A stretch of 64,000 nt of DNA, taken from an uncultured SAR86 cluster bacterium (GTDB lineage: Bacteria > Pseudomonadota > Gammaproteobacteria > Magnimaribacterales > D2472). The position numbers and the translations under genes are program-made. Each line of letters opens with the position of its first letter. Position 1 is the first letter of the stretch. Shown in pieces: positions 11,155 through 21,102 of this stretch. The notes beneath the pieces were generated by a model. It worked only from the letters and a program-made list of their open reading frames with translations. It was not told the DNA's origin and did not search any database. The DNA lies in contig CABYPB010000005.1 in the NCBI GenBank assembly GCA_902520725.1, forward strand, positions 1,612 through 65,611. Reading direction: 5' to 3'.

Positions 11155-12213
11155 TTATATTGGTTGAAATATTTTTTTTACTCTAGATTTAATCCCTGTC
11201 ATCAAATAATATGAAATTAAATTATTTGATTTTGCTATTTCCGAGATTGGCAATTTAGGCGAGAAAAATTCGCACCAATCGCCCACAGCACAATCTTTGA
11301 TATTTGTTACGTCTACTGTGGTTAAATCCATGCTAACCCTTCCAAAAACTTTAGCAATTTCATTGTTTATCATTACTTTTGTTCCGTCTTCTATAGCCAA
11401 TGGAAGTCCATCTGCATAACCAAGGTAGACAGATGCAATTAGCATCTCCTTTGTTGCGATAGCTCTGCCATCATATCCTACTTTTTGTCTTGGTTTTATT
11501 TTTCTAAGATTTACAATTGGAGATCTTAAAGTCATTGCTGTTATGATTTCTTTATCTTTGAAATAACCCCCATAAATACCAATACCGCACCTTACCCAAT
11601 CATAAGATTTATCAGGAAAATTCATAATACAGCCTGTATTAGCAATACTTTTTTCAACATTTTCATGCATTTTTTCTACCAAATTTTCAAATGCCTTGAA
11701 TTGCTCTTGGTTAGAAATAGCTTTTTTATCATTTGAAGCAGCTAAATGAGTCATTAACACAAATTTTTTGTCAAAAAGATGTTTGTTATAAATATCCATA
11801 AAATCATCAATCTCAAATCCTAGTCTATTCATGCCTGTATTAACTTTCAGCCAAAGATTTTTAAAATAATTATTTTCTTTAAAAATTTTAAATTGATCTT
11901 GATTGTGCACTACAACATCAAGATTGAATTCTTTTGCAGCTATAAATTCTTCCTGTGAATAAATACCCTGCATCAAAAGAATTTTTTTCTTAGAAAGATT
12001 TCTAATTTTTTTTGCTTCATTAATTCTAACAACACCATAGCCTTCTACAAGGTCATCAATGCTTTTCGTTACGCTCTCTAAATTATGTCCATAAGCATCT
12101 GACTTTATTACAGCCATAAACTTTGACTCATTTCTAAGTTTTGATTTTATATAAGAAATATTTTCTCTTAGAAGCTTTGAATCAATTATTAATTCTGAAT
12201 TTATTGCTGTCAT
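11155..12213 (-). CDS. alr: Alanine racemase
   Basis: AVIKSDAYGH (PLP Lys), KVNTGMNRLG, GYADG and GRVSMD motifs; follows dnaB. Confidence 0.95.
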   Translation of the reverse strand: MTAINSELIIDSKLLRENISYIKSKLRNESKFMAVIKSDAYGHNLESVTKSIDDLVEGYGVVRINEAKKIRNLSKKKILLMQGIYSQEEFIAAKEFNLDVVVHNQDQFKIFKENNYFKNLWLKVNTGMNRLGFEIDDFMDIYNKHLFDKKFVLMTHLAASNDKKAISNQEQFKAFENLVEKMHENVEKSIANTGCIMNFPDKSYDWVRCGIGIYGGYFKDKEIITAMTLRSPIVNLRKIKPRQKVGYDGRAIATKEMLIASVYLGYADGLPLAIEDGTKVMINNEIAKVFGRVSMDLTTVDVTNIKDCAVGDWCEFFSPKLPISEIAKSNNLISYYLMTGIKSRVKKIFQPI

Positions 12214-13580
12214 TCAAAAGAATCGTAATAACTATCATTAGAAAAATTTTCAAATCTTGTAAATTCCTTTAAGAATGTAAGATTTACAGTTCCAATTGGG
12301 CCATTCCTTTGTTTTCCAATTATTATTTCAGCTTTGTTTCCTTGCTCAGAATCTTCGTTGTATACCTCATCTCGATATATGAATAATATTACGTCAGCAT
12401 CCTGCTCAATTGCACCAGAGTCTCTTAAATCAGCCATAATTGGTCTTTTATTTGGTCTTTGCTCTACAGCTCTATTGAGCTGTGATAATGCAATTACAGG
12501 AACATTAAGTTCCTTTGCTAATGATTTTAGTGATCTGGATATTTCAGATATTTGATTTACTCTATTTTCTGTAGATAAAGGTAGTTGCATTAACTGAAGG
12601 TAATCAACAACTATCAAAGATAATCCATTTTCTTCAGATCTTGCAAGTCGTCTAGCTTTAGATCTAAGTTCAATCGGAGATAATAACGAACTATCATCTA
12701 TCCATAATGGCATATTTTTTAATTTCTCACTTTGCTGTAATAGGACTTTTAACTCATCGTCTTTCAACATACCAGACCTTACATTTTGTTGATTTATTTT
12801 TGTCATACCAGACAATAATCTTGTTGTTAAAGATTCGCCAGGCATCTCTAGACTAAAAATAAGAACTGCACCTTTAGAGTCTTCATCTAATAAAACATTT
12901 TCTGCAATATTCATTGCTAAGGAGGTTTTGCCCATGCTTGGTCTTCCTGCAACTACAATTAAGTCGCCTCTCTGAATACCTTGTAACTTATTATCTAAAT
13001 CTTTAAAACCTGTGGAGTCTCCTATAAGACCACCTGATTTATTTGAGAGCTCATAAAGTCTATCCATAGTGTCTGGAATAAGTTTGCGCATGGATTTAAG
13101 ATTCTGATCATTTTGATTTGTTTCATCATTTAGAGCAAAAATCATACTTTCAGCTTTGTCTAACAAAGATGCTCCTTCTTGTCCTTGAGGGTTTGATATT
13201 AATTCTGATATTTCAGAATTAGCTTTCATGAGTTTTCTTGTTATAGATCTTTGTCTGATTATTTCTGCATAAGCTTCTAAATTAGCTGCTGAAGGAGTAG
13301 ATGTAGCAAGTTCAATTAAATAATCTTTACCGCCAATTTTATTTAGAGAATTTTTATTATCTAATTTTTCTGATACGGTTAATGGATCAAGGGGTTTATT
13401 TTCTTCAATGAGTTCTGCCATTGATTGAAAGATAATTTGATGGTCTTTGCCATCAAAATCATTTTCTTTAATGACTTGAATAACAGTATCAAATCTGTGA
13501 GTTTCAAGCATGAGACCGCCCAAAACAGCTCTTTCAGCTTCTCTTGTTTGTTCGTTTTGATTAGTAGCAATATCTGACAT
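12210..13580 (-). CDS. dnaB: Replicative DNA helicase DnaB
   Basis: AGRPSMGKT, FSLEM, VDYLQLM and DLRDSGAIEQDAD motifs; no intein. Confidence 0.99.
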   Translation of the reverse strand: MSDIATNQNEQTREAERAVLGGLMLETHRFDTVIQVIKENDFDGKDHQIIFQSMAELIEENKPLDPLTVSEKLDNKNSLNKIGGKDYLIELATSTPSAANLEAYAEIIRQRSITRKLMKANSEISELISNPQGQEGASLLDKAESMIFALNDETNQNDQNLKSMRKLIPDTMDRLYELSNKSGGLIGDSTGFKDLDNKLQGIQRGDLIVVAGRPSMGKTSLAMNIAENVLLDEDSKGAVLIFSLEMPGESLTTRLLSGMTKINQQNVRSGMLKDDELKVLLQQSEKLKNMPLWIDDSSLLSPIELRSKARRLARSEENGLSLIVVDYLQLMQLPLSTENRVNQISEISRSLKSLAKELNVPVIALSQLNRAVEQRPNKRPIMADLRDSGAIEQDADVILFIYRDEVYNEDSEQGNKAEIIIGKQRNGPIGTVNLTFLKEFTRFENFSNDSYYDSFE

Positions 13581-13618
13581 TGGAATATGATTTTTACATC
13601 ATATCTAAAAATATACAA

Positions 13619-14065
13619 CTACTCTGGTGATACTTTTACTATTACTTCAATACTTACTTCTGGATGAACACTAATTGTAATATTATGTTCACCTGTTTCT
13701 TTAAGAGGTCCATCTGGCAGTTGTACTTCACTCTTATCGATTTGTATTTCTTTGCTTAAAAATGCCTCCGAAATTTCTCTAGTACCAACAGAACCATAAA
13801 GGGCTCCCTCTTCAGTAACTGGAACCAAAATTTCACATTCAGAACCTTCTAGCTCTTTTGCTCTTGCCTCTGCTTGGGTAAGAACATCTGCTGACATAGC
13901 GGCTAACTCATCTTTTTTTGCTTCAACTTCAGATATATTTTTATCACTTGCAAAGGCTGCTTTCTTTTGAGGTATGAGAAAATTTCTTGCATAACCGGAG
14001 TTAACATCTACAATATCGCCAATTTCGCCAAGTCTTTGAATTTTATCGAGTAATATAATTTTCAT
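13619..14065 (-). CDS. rplI: 50S ribosomal protein L9
   Basis: MKIILLDKI..LG..GD.V.V..GYARNFLIP; LYGSV. Confidence 0.98.
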   Translation of the reverse strand: MKIILLDKIQRLGEIGDIVDVNSGYARNFLIPQKKAAFASDKNISEVEAKKDELAAMSADVLTQAEARAKELEGSECEILVPVTEEGALYGSVGTREISEAFLSKEIQIDKSEVQLPDGPLKETGEHNITISVHPEVSIEVIVKVSPE

Positions 14066-14068
14066 AAT

Positions 14069-14263
14069 TTATTTGTGCATATCCGTGTATGGTATTAAAG
14101 CTAAAAATCTAGCAATTTTGATATTTTTTGTTAACTTTCTCTGGTTTGATGCAGTCACTCCAGTAACTCTTGCAGGAATAATTTTTCCTGTTTCAGTAAT
14201 AAATTGTTTTAAGATATTGACATCCTTGTAACCAAAATTTTCAGGTAGTTCATATTTACTCAT
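14069..14263 (-). CDS. rpsR: 30S ribosomal protein S18 (short N-terminus)
   Basis: [24 protein letters not shown]...ARFLALIPY; start refined to ATG 14263, which overlaps the rpsF stop. Confidence 0.93.
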   Translation of the reverse strand: MSKYELPENFGYKDVNILKQFITETGKIIPARVTGVTASNQRKLTKNIKIARFLALIPYTDMHK

Positions 14264-14741
14264 CTTTATCATCCTTTTCTTCAGAATTATCTTCATCTTT
14301 TGTATCAGAAACTTTAGGCTTCAAATCTTCTTCAGGTTGCGATTTTTCGATCTTATTTTCTTCAGGTTGTTTAACTTTTTCAAGTTTTTCGACAACTTCT
14401 TCTGGTTCATTTTTTTTATTTTTTGAATCTAATAGTAGCTGTGAGTCTTCTCCTGAATGAGTTTTCACCGAAATAAAAAGATGTCTAATAATTGATTCGT
14501 TATATTTTATTTTATTTTCAATCTCAATAAGTTTAGAAGGATCTCCTTCTATATTAAATAATAAATAATGCCCTTTATTATGATTATTTATGGAATAAGA
14601 AAGTTGCCTTCTTCCAACATCTTCCTGTTTCACAATATTGAAAGTATTGGCCTCTAAAAGCTTTTTAAAATCTTTTATAAAGTCATCAGCCTTAGAAGAA
14701 AGGTTTGGATTAAGAATTATTACTGCTTCGTATTTTTTCAT
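14256..14741 (-). CDS. rpsF: 30S ribosomal protein S6 with a long charged C-terminal tail
   Basis: [24 protein letters not shown] and IIRHL motifs. Confidence 0.95.
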   Translation of the reverse strand: MKKYEAVIILNPNLSSKADDFIKDFKKLLEANTFNIVKQEDVGRRQLSYSINNHNKGHYLLFNIEGDPSKLIEIENKIKYNESIIRHLFISVKTHSGEDSQLLLDSKNKKNEPEEVVEKLEKVKQPEENKIEKSQPEEDLKPKVSDTKDEDNSEEKDDKDE

Positions 14742-14790
14742 GTTTATCCTTATGGTTATAGATTTTTACATAAGTAAAAACCAAGGAAAA
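14742..14790 (-). promoter_or_regulatory. rpsF leader RNA (putative S6:S18-binding autogenous operator)
   Basis: mRNA UUCCUUGGUU-UUUAC(UUAU)GUAAA-AAUCUAU-AACCAUAAGGA: CCUU pairs with AAGG of the SD, with a CCA motif beside it, like the E. coli CCUUG...CCGUAAGGAG leader. Confidence 0.65.
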
Positions 14791-14793
14791 TGC

Positions 14794-14822
14794 ATTCTAA
14801 TTGAATTATTTTACTTTATCAA
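14794..14822 (-). promoter_or_regulatory. sigma70 promoter for rpsF-rpsR-rplI
   Basis: TTGATA (14822-14817), 17-bp spacer, TAGAAT (14799-14794). Confidence 0.65.
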
Positions 14823-16045
14823 TACTCGCTCTTGACTATGCGAATTAACTTTGAAAAAAAGCTCTGATTTTGTTCTGATAACATTTCATGATTCATTTGC
14901 TTATATCCATGCTCAATAAGCCCGATTGATGTTGCATATATTGGATTTTGTAAGATAGTTTCCATGCCTTTAAACTTTGATGGAATTCCTAGTCTTACAG
15001 ATGTTTGAAATATTGATTCAGCTAGTTCTACAACACCCTCCATTTTTGAAGTTCCACCTGTAAAAACTATACCAGCTGATATTTTATCTTCAAAACCATT
15101 TCTGGAGATCTCAGCTTTAATTAAATCAAATAGTTCTGAATATCTTGGTTGTATAATATCAGCAAGTGCGCTCCTTGAAAGTTCTCTTGGAGGTCTTCCA
15201 CCTACAGCTAGCACTTCAACTGTTTCATCCTCTTTAGTAAATTCAGAAACTGCACATCCATGTTTTTGCTTGATATCCTCAGCTTGAGGGGTTGGAGTCC
15301 TTAAAGCTTGTGCAATGTCACTAGTTACCTGATCGCCTGCAATTGGAATAACTCCTGTAAAAACAATTGAACCAGAATTAAAAATTGCAATATCTGTAGT
15401 TCCACCTCCAATATCAACGAGACATACACCCAATTCTTTTTCGTCATCAGATAAAATTGAATGCGAACTCGCTAGTTGTTCCAAAACAAATCCATCTACA
15501 ACTAAACCACAATTTTTTATACATTTTTCTATATTTTTAACTGCGCTATTTGCACACGTTACAAGATGAACTTTTGCTTCTAATCTAACTCCTGACATGC
15601 CAAGGGGATCTAAACTAACCTCTTGGTCATCTATTACAAAAGATTGGGGGAGAACATGTAAAACATTTTGATCAGATGGAATAGATACTGCTTGAGCAGA
15701 TTCGATAACCCTATCTATATCGTATGACGAAACTTCATTATCTTTTATTCCTACAGCTCCTTGTGAATTCAAGCTCTTAATATGATTACCAGCGATTCCG
15801 ACATACACAGATTTGATTTTATCTTCAATCATAGATTGAGCTTGCTCAACTGCTTTACTGATTGCGTCTGTAGTTGCATCTATATTGACAACTACTCCTT
15901 TTTTAAGACCGCTAGATGGATAGGCTCCTAGAGCAACTATTTCTAGATTCTTTTCGCTATTGTATTTACCAACAATGCAAACAACTTTTGAAGTTCCAAT
16001 ATCGAGCCCAACAATCATGTTAGAATTTTTACCATTATTTGCCAT
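14819..16045 (-). CDS. ftsA: Cell division protein FtsA
   Basis: GLDIGTSKV, GLKKGVVVNI, VDIGGGTTD and PIYATSIGL motifs. Confidence 0.98.
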   Translation of the reverse strand: MANNGKNSNMIVGLDIGTSKVVCIVGKYNSEKNLEIVALGAYPSSGLKKGVVVNIDATTDAISKAVEQAQSMIEDKIKSVYVGIAGNHIKSLNSQGAVGIKDNEVSSYDIDRVIESAQAVSIPSDQNVLHVLPQSFVIDDQEVSLDPLGMSGVRLEAKVHLVTCANSAVKNIEKCIKNCGLVVDGFVLEQLASSHSILSDDEKELGVCLVDIGGGTTDIAIFNSGSIVFTGVIPIAGDQVTSDIAQALRTPTPQAEDIKQKHGCAVSEFTKEDETVEVLAVGGRPPRELSRSALADIIQPRYSELFDLIKAEISRNGFEDKISAGIVFTGGTSKMEGVVELAESIFQTSVRLGIPSKFKGMETILQNPIYATSIGLIEHGYKQMNHEMLSEQNQSFFSKLIRIVKSEY

Positions 16046-16658
16046 AATCTAATGCAACTCCATCTTTATACCTCATATCTATGATACTAGGTATTTTTCC
16101 ATTGTCGTATAAATAATTTAAAGTATCTCCAAAAATTTTAACTCTTTTTTTAGAAATATCTTTACCAAACCTTATTAATGTTGAGTCCGTTGTCACCTCC
16201 CACCCGGTAACAACACTATAGTCTATTTTATCAACTTTAAAATTAATAAGATCACTGCTCTGAACTAGTTTTATTAAAAAAATTATGCTCTCAACATTTG
16301 GGACATCTCCACTAACCTCAATTATTTTTTTATTTGATTGATCGTATTTAAATTTTATTAAGTCTTCATCATAAAAATATTCCTGATTTAAAATAAATAA
16401 TGGTTCTCTATTTTTTATACTTATAAAAACATTTTTTTTCATTGGCTGAAAGATGATTGTGTAATCTTTAATCCAATCCTGTTTTTCTATAAGTCTATGG
16501 ATGTTTCGTCTTGAATGCTCATTTTTAATATCATAGATGAGATTTTTTTGAGATTGGTACTCAAATCCAGACTCATAATTTATATTAATTTGATATTGTG
16601 CAAATAATCCTGAAGAAAATAAAAATATTAAAGGGATGATTTTTTTAAAGAGATGCAT
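16035..16658 (-). CDS. ftsQ: Cell division protein FtsQ (divergent, short)
   Basis: Located between ddl and ftsA; N-terminal TM; C-terminal IDMRYKDGVAL matches FtsQ D[LM]RY..G.A; likely start ATG 16658. Confidence 0.75.
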   Translation of the reverse strand: MHLFKKIIPLIFLFSSGLFAQYQININYESGFEYQSQKNLIYDIKNEHSRRNIHRLIEKQDWIKDYTIIFQPMKKNVFISIKNREPLFILNQEYFYDEDLIKFKYDQSNKKIIEVSGDVPNVESIIFLIKLVQSSDLINFKVDKIDYSVVTGWEVTTDSTLIRFGKDISKKRVKIFGDTLNYLYDNGKIPSIIDMRYKDGVALDYGK

Positions 16659-17568
16659 CGATAATCTTTTGAACGACTTCACTATAAGTTAAGCCCATAA
16701 AGCTGCCTGATTTTGGAACATTACTATGACTTGTCATACCTGGCACCGTATTAATTTCAATTATATAAAAGTTTTTCTCTTTGTCTTGCAACAAATCCAC
16801 TCTTGCCCATCCATTGCAATTTAATGCTTCAAACGCATCTAAAGATATTGATTTAATTTTATCCAATTCATTCTGAGTTAACTCCGCTTCAACATGAAGC
16901 GTTTTGTCTGAAATATATTTAGCATCATAATCATAGAATTCGTTTGTCGTAATTATTTCTAAAGGTGGTAAGCATTCTTTATTAATTATAGTTACGGTGA
17001 GTTCTCTTCCTTCGATATATTCTTCGAATAGAAAACTTCTTTTAGGATTGATGCATTTTTGATACGCATTTTTAAGACTTTCATTATCACTAATCTTAAA
17101 AATATCTACACTTGAGCCATCTTCTTCTGGTTTAAGAAATAAATATTTATAAGGTCTAAACTTATCGAAAAAACAAGTCTGTAACCCATCTTCAACAAGT
17201 TGTTTATTGAGCTTTGTTTCAAGCCATAGCGGTGTTGTGATATTATTTTTTTTTAATATTTCTTTTGTTAGTCTCTTATTCCATGTATTTCTACATGCTA
17301 CTGCTTTTGATCCGGAATATAAAATGTCTAAGTCATCTAAGTTTTTTTGAAGTTCTCCACCTTCACCTTCAAACCCATGAAGGGCAATAAATACAAAATC
17401 ATAAATTTTTAGCTCATTCAAATTAGTTATATTTTTAAAATCTAATAACTCTGATTCATAACCTAATTCTTTCATTGCTTTGTGAACTCCTTCTCCACTT
17501 TGCAAAGAGATTTGTCTTTCGGAAGAAGAGCCTCCATAAAGAACAGCTATTTTTTTTATCATTTCCAT
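16645..17568 (-). CDS. ddl: D-alanine--D-alanine ligase
   Basis: GGSSSERQISLQSG, ALHG..GE.G, FYDYDAKY and EINTVPGMT motifs; ATG 17562 is an alternative start. Confidence 0.97.
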   Translation of the reverse strand: MEMIKKIAVLYGGSSSERQISLQSGEGVHKAMKELGYESELLDFKNITNLNELKIYDFVFIALHGFEGEGGELQKNLDDLDILYSGSKAVACRNTWNKRLTKEILKKNNITTPLWLETKLNKQLVEDGLQTCFFDKFRPYKYLFLKPEEDGSSVDIFKISDNESLKNAYQKCINPKRSFLFEEYIEGRELTVTIINKECLPPLEIITTNEFYDYDAKYISDKTLHVEAELTQNELDKIKSISLDAFEALNCNGWARVDLLQDKEKNFYIIEINTVPGMTSHSNVPKSGSFMGLTYSEVVQKIIDASL

Positions 17569-18950
17569 TTATGTTTTATTGATTCACACACCTTTGATAC
17601 ACTTCCAGCGCCTTGTGTTACAACAATATCAAAGTAATCTTTTTTGTCATTAATTAAGTTAATTACATCATCATGATTTTTTACGTAGGTAACATCTTTA
17701 TGGCCTTTTTGTTTTATTGTTTCTACAATTGTTCTTGAATTAATTCCTCTTATAGGTTTCTCACTTGCAGAATATATATCAAGCAATATTAATGAATCTG
17801 CTTTTGCAAGTACTTTTATGAAATCATCAAAAAGTTGAGCTGTTCTTGAAAATCTGTGAGGTTGAAAAATCATGCAAACTTTTTTCTTAGGATACTCTTC
17901 TTTGTATGCATTAATATTTGATTCTATTTCAATAGGGTGATGTCCGTAATCATCAATTAAAATGATTTCTTTAGATTGAATAATAATCTTATGCTTTTCA
18001 TATCTTCTTCCTACACCTGAAAATGCTGAAATCCCTTTTTTTATATAACTTATTGGAATACCCTCTTCCATAGCAACTCCTATAGATGCAGCTGCGTTAA
18101 AAACATTATGCTTACCAGGAAGATTTATTTTGAATTTATGAATTTTTTTATTTTTTCTATCAAAAATTTCAAAGTCTTGTTTTCCTCTAACTGGATTTAT
18201 ATTTTTGATTTGATAATCACAGTTTCTAGATTTTCCAAAAGTTATTTGTGTTCTAGATATTCTTTCTGAAATTTTTTTTATATTTTTATCATCACCATTT
18301 ATCATCAAATATCCATAAAAGGGGACATTTTCCGCAAACATTACAAATGAATCCAATAAATTTTCAAATATATTTTGGTAATGAACGAGATGATCGTCAT
18401 CTATATTTGTTAGTACAGCTAAATCTGGTTGAAGATGTATAAATGTTCCATCACTCTCATCCGCCTCAGCAACCAAATACTTTCCATCTCCTAAGTCTGA
18501 ATTTTCGTCAGTACTTAATACTTTTCCACCAACTACATAGGTTGGACTTAGATTTGCTACACTTAAGATTTTTGCAATCATGCTTGTGGTTGTTGTTTTT
18601 CCATGACTGCCAGCTACAGCAATGCTCTCATAACCTATCATGATACTTCCTAGCATTTCTGCTCTTGGAATAATTGTTATTGAGTCTTTTTTAGCCTGAG
18701 TAAGTTCAGGATTTTTTAAATTAATAGCTGAAGAAACAACTATTAAGTTTGCTCCTCTGATATTCCCTTTATCATGTCCTATAAAAACTTTCGCTCCATC
18801 TTTTTTGAGTTTCCTTAACTCAATAGAATCAGATATATCTGAACCAGATATCTTATAACCTTTCTTAAGAAGCACGCGGGCAATTCCAATCATTCCGGCA
18901 CCACCAATGCCAACAAAATGAATGCTTTTAACTTTTTTAAACGGTTTCAT
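17559..18950 (-). CDS. murC: UDP-N-acetylmuramate--L-alanine ligase
   Basis: HFVGIGGAGM, GSHGKTTT, EADESD, DDYGHHP and FQPHRFSR motifs. Confidence 0.98.
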   Translation of the reverse strand: MKPFKKVKSIHFVGIGGAGMIGIARVLLKKGYKISGSDISDSIELRKLKKDGAKVFIGHDKGNIRGANLIVVSSAINLKNPELTQAKKDSITIIPRAEMLGSIMIGYESIAVAGSHGKTTTTSMIAKILSVANLSPTYVVGGKVLSTDENSDLGDGKYLVAEADESDGTFIHLQPDLAVLTNIDDDHLVHYQNIFENLLDSFVMFAENVPFYGYLMINGDDKNIKKISERISRTQITFGKSRNCDYQIKNINPVRGKQDFEIFDRKNKKIHKFKINLPGKHNVFNAAASIGVAMEEGIPISYIKKGISAFSGVGRRYEKHKIIIQSKEIILIDDYGHHPIEIESNINAYKEEYPKKKVCMIFQPHRFSRTAQLFDDFIKVLAKADSLILLDIYSASEKPIRGINSRTIVETIKQKGHKDVTYVKNHDDVINLINDKKDYFDIVVTQGAGSVSKVCESIKHKWK

Positions 18951-19989
18951 TAATCTTAAAATATCCCTCTATATGAGCAACTACGGTGGAAGTGGCATTC
19001 AAATTAGTTTTGTTATTAAACTTTGTCCAGTTTCTAAAAGTTTTATTTTCAATGATACTCGATATCTTTTGCTTTAGATTTTCTATTGATTCATTTTGAT
19101 AATGAACCATTCCCATGTTCATTTTTTCAATAATCTTTGCGTTAGCAATTTGATGATTATCAATGGAGGTTGGAAGTGGAATTATAAGCACACCTCTATT
19201 TACTGAGGTTATCTCTGATAAAGTTAAAGCGCCGCCTCTTGAGATAACAAAGTCAGACCATGATATTTGTTCAACAGGACTTTCATAAAAATCGTTTACC
19301 TTAGCATTTATATTATTGGACAAGTATTCATTTGTAACCATTTCAATATTATTTTGCCCACATTGATGTCTGATTTTAATGTTGTAGGGCAAATCTTTAA
19401 ACATTGAAGGAAGTTCCTTGTTAATATATTCAGCGCCTTGGCTCCCACCGGTTATATAAATCTTAGTTAAACCTTCATTATTGTTTACACTTTGAATAAC
19501 AGAAAAGGAATCTCTTATAGGGTTCCCAGATAATATTGATTTTTTAATACCTTTTATAGGAAATCCAAGAAAATTTATCTTTGCAAATTTAGACAATAAT
19601 TTATTTGCTGTTCCTAATACGGCATTTTGTTCATGAATAAATATAGGTTTGCCTTTTATCCAAAATGCTAGACCTGCAGGAACAGTAATAAAACCGCCAA
19701 AACCAACCATGCCATCAATTTTTTCTTTATTAATTATTCTTAATATTTTAAAAATATTTATAAGCACCTGAAATAGAACCTTACTTTTTTTTATTAAACT
19801 GTTTCCTCTAAATCCCTCTATAGAAAGATTAAAAGATGTTAAAGAGATATCTTTAAATGCATTTTTTTCTATTTGCGCACCTGTCCCAAGAAAAACTACC
19901 TTATGATCCTTCTTAATTAACCCTTTAGCGATAGATGCAGCTGGAAAAACATGTCCTCCTGTTTTAGCAGCTACTATTAAAAATTTCAT
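18937..19989 (-). CDS. murG: Lipid II GlcNAc transferase MurG
   Basis: TGGHVFP, HEQN, GNPIR, GGSQGA and HQ..NA motifs. Confidence 0.95.
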   Translation of the reverse strand: MKFLIVAAKTGGHVFPAASIAKGLIKKDHKVVFLGTGAQIEKNAFKDISLTSFNLSIEGFRGNSLIKKSKVLFQVLINIFKILRIINKEKIDGMVGFGGFITVPAGLAFWIKGKPIFIHEQNAVLGTANKLLSKFAKINFLGFPIKGIKKSILSGNPIRDSFSVIQSVNNNEGLTKIYITGGSQGAEYINKELPSMFKDLPYNIKIRHQCGQNNIEMVTNEYLSNNINAKVNDFYESPVEQISWSDFVISRGGALTLSEITSVNRGVLIIPLPTSIDNHQIANAKIIEKMNMGMVHYQNESIENLKQKISSIIENKTFRNWTKFNNKTNLNATSTVVAHIEGYFKINETV

Positions 19990-19992
19990 AAC

Positions 19993-21102
19993 TTATAGCA
20001 ATTTATTTTCATTATTTATTCTCAGAACTATTCCCATTAAGGACAACATTATAATAATGCTAGTTCCACCATAGCTAATAAAAGGAAGTGTAAGTCCTTT
20101 TGTTGGCAACAAACCAATATTAACAGCAATGTTAAATAACATCTGAATTGATATAAGAAGAAAGGTTCCAAAGACAACATATCCCTGAAAATATCTATTT
20201 TTTCTAAATGAATCATATGATATTAATATTAATCCAACAAATAAGACCATAAATAATAAAATCAAAACCATGCCACCGATAATACCAAGCTCTTCAACTA
20301 ATATTGCAAATATAAAATCTGTGTGGGCCTCAGGCAGAAAAAAACTTTTTTGAAAACTGTTGCCTAATCCAACGCCGAACCAACCTCCCTGACCGATACT
20401 TATCAAAGAATTTGAGAGCTGCCATCCTGCATTTAAAACTACATCAGCTGCAAAAGGATCTGTAAAAGCAAGAACTCGTGCTAATCTCATTGGTGAAGTA
20501 GTTATTGCAATATAACCCAGTAAAACTATAAGAAGAATTAATAAGCCTAATTGAAAAAAAGAAATTCCTGCATAAAAAAGAATTCCAACAACTAAAATGC
20601 AAACTATTGCCGTTGAACCAAGATCTGGCTGGCTCATTATTAAAATAGAGATAATAAATAATAATGATAATGGTTTTAAAAAACCTCTAAGTGAGTCTAT
20701 TTCAGATATTCTTCTTATTGAATACCCTGAAATGTAAAGTATTAAACTAAATTTGCATATTTCAGAGGGCTGAATATTAATAGGTCCCAGTCTAATCCAT
20801 CTTATACTTCCATTAACACTAGTTCCAACATCCGGAATAAACAAAGCAATTAACAGTAGAATACTTAATAGCATAAAGATCCAATCAGTTTTATATAAAA
20901 AAGTAGATGGAATAACTAAAAAACTTGTCATTGCAATTAATCCTATTGCTATAAATAAACTTTGTCTTTGAGCAAAATAAAAAGGATTAGATGTCATATC
21001 ATCTGCAACATATATGCTTGATGATGTAACCATAATCATTCCAAGTATTATTAAGAACGACAGTGGTAATATTATTAATATGTCATTTCTTGTTATATTC
21101 AT
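19993..21102 (-). CDS. ftsW: SEDS peptidoglycan polymerase FtsW
   Basis: IQPSE, QPDLG, LPEAHTDFIFA and GLTLPFISYGG motifs. Confidence 0.96.
   Translation of the reverse strand: MNITRNDILIILPLSFLIILGMIMVTSSSIYVADDMTSNPFYFAQRQSLFIAIGLIAMTSFLVIPSTFLYKTDWIFMLLSILLLIALFIPDVGTSVNGSIRWIRLGPINIQPSEICKFSLILYISGYSIRRISEIDSLRGFLKPLSLLFIISILIMSQPDLGSTAIVCILVVGILFYAGISFFQLGLLILLIVLLGYIAITTSPMRLARVLAFTDPFAADVVLNAGWQLSNSLISIGQGGWFGVGLGNSFQKSFFLPEAHTDFIFAILVEELGIIGGMVLILLFMVLFVGLILISYDSFRKNRYFQGYVVFGTFLLISIQMLFNIAVNIGLLPTKGLTLPFISYGGTSIIIMLSLMGIVLRINNENKLL

Noticed and set aside
13585..13604. ATATGAT-N6-ATCATAT inverted repeat upstream of dnaB
   Set aside because: Short and AT-rich, with no U-tract; plausible by chance
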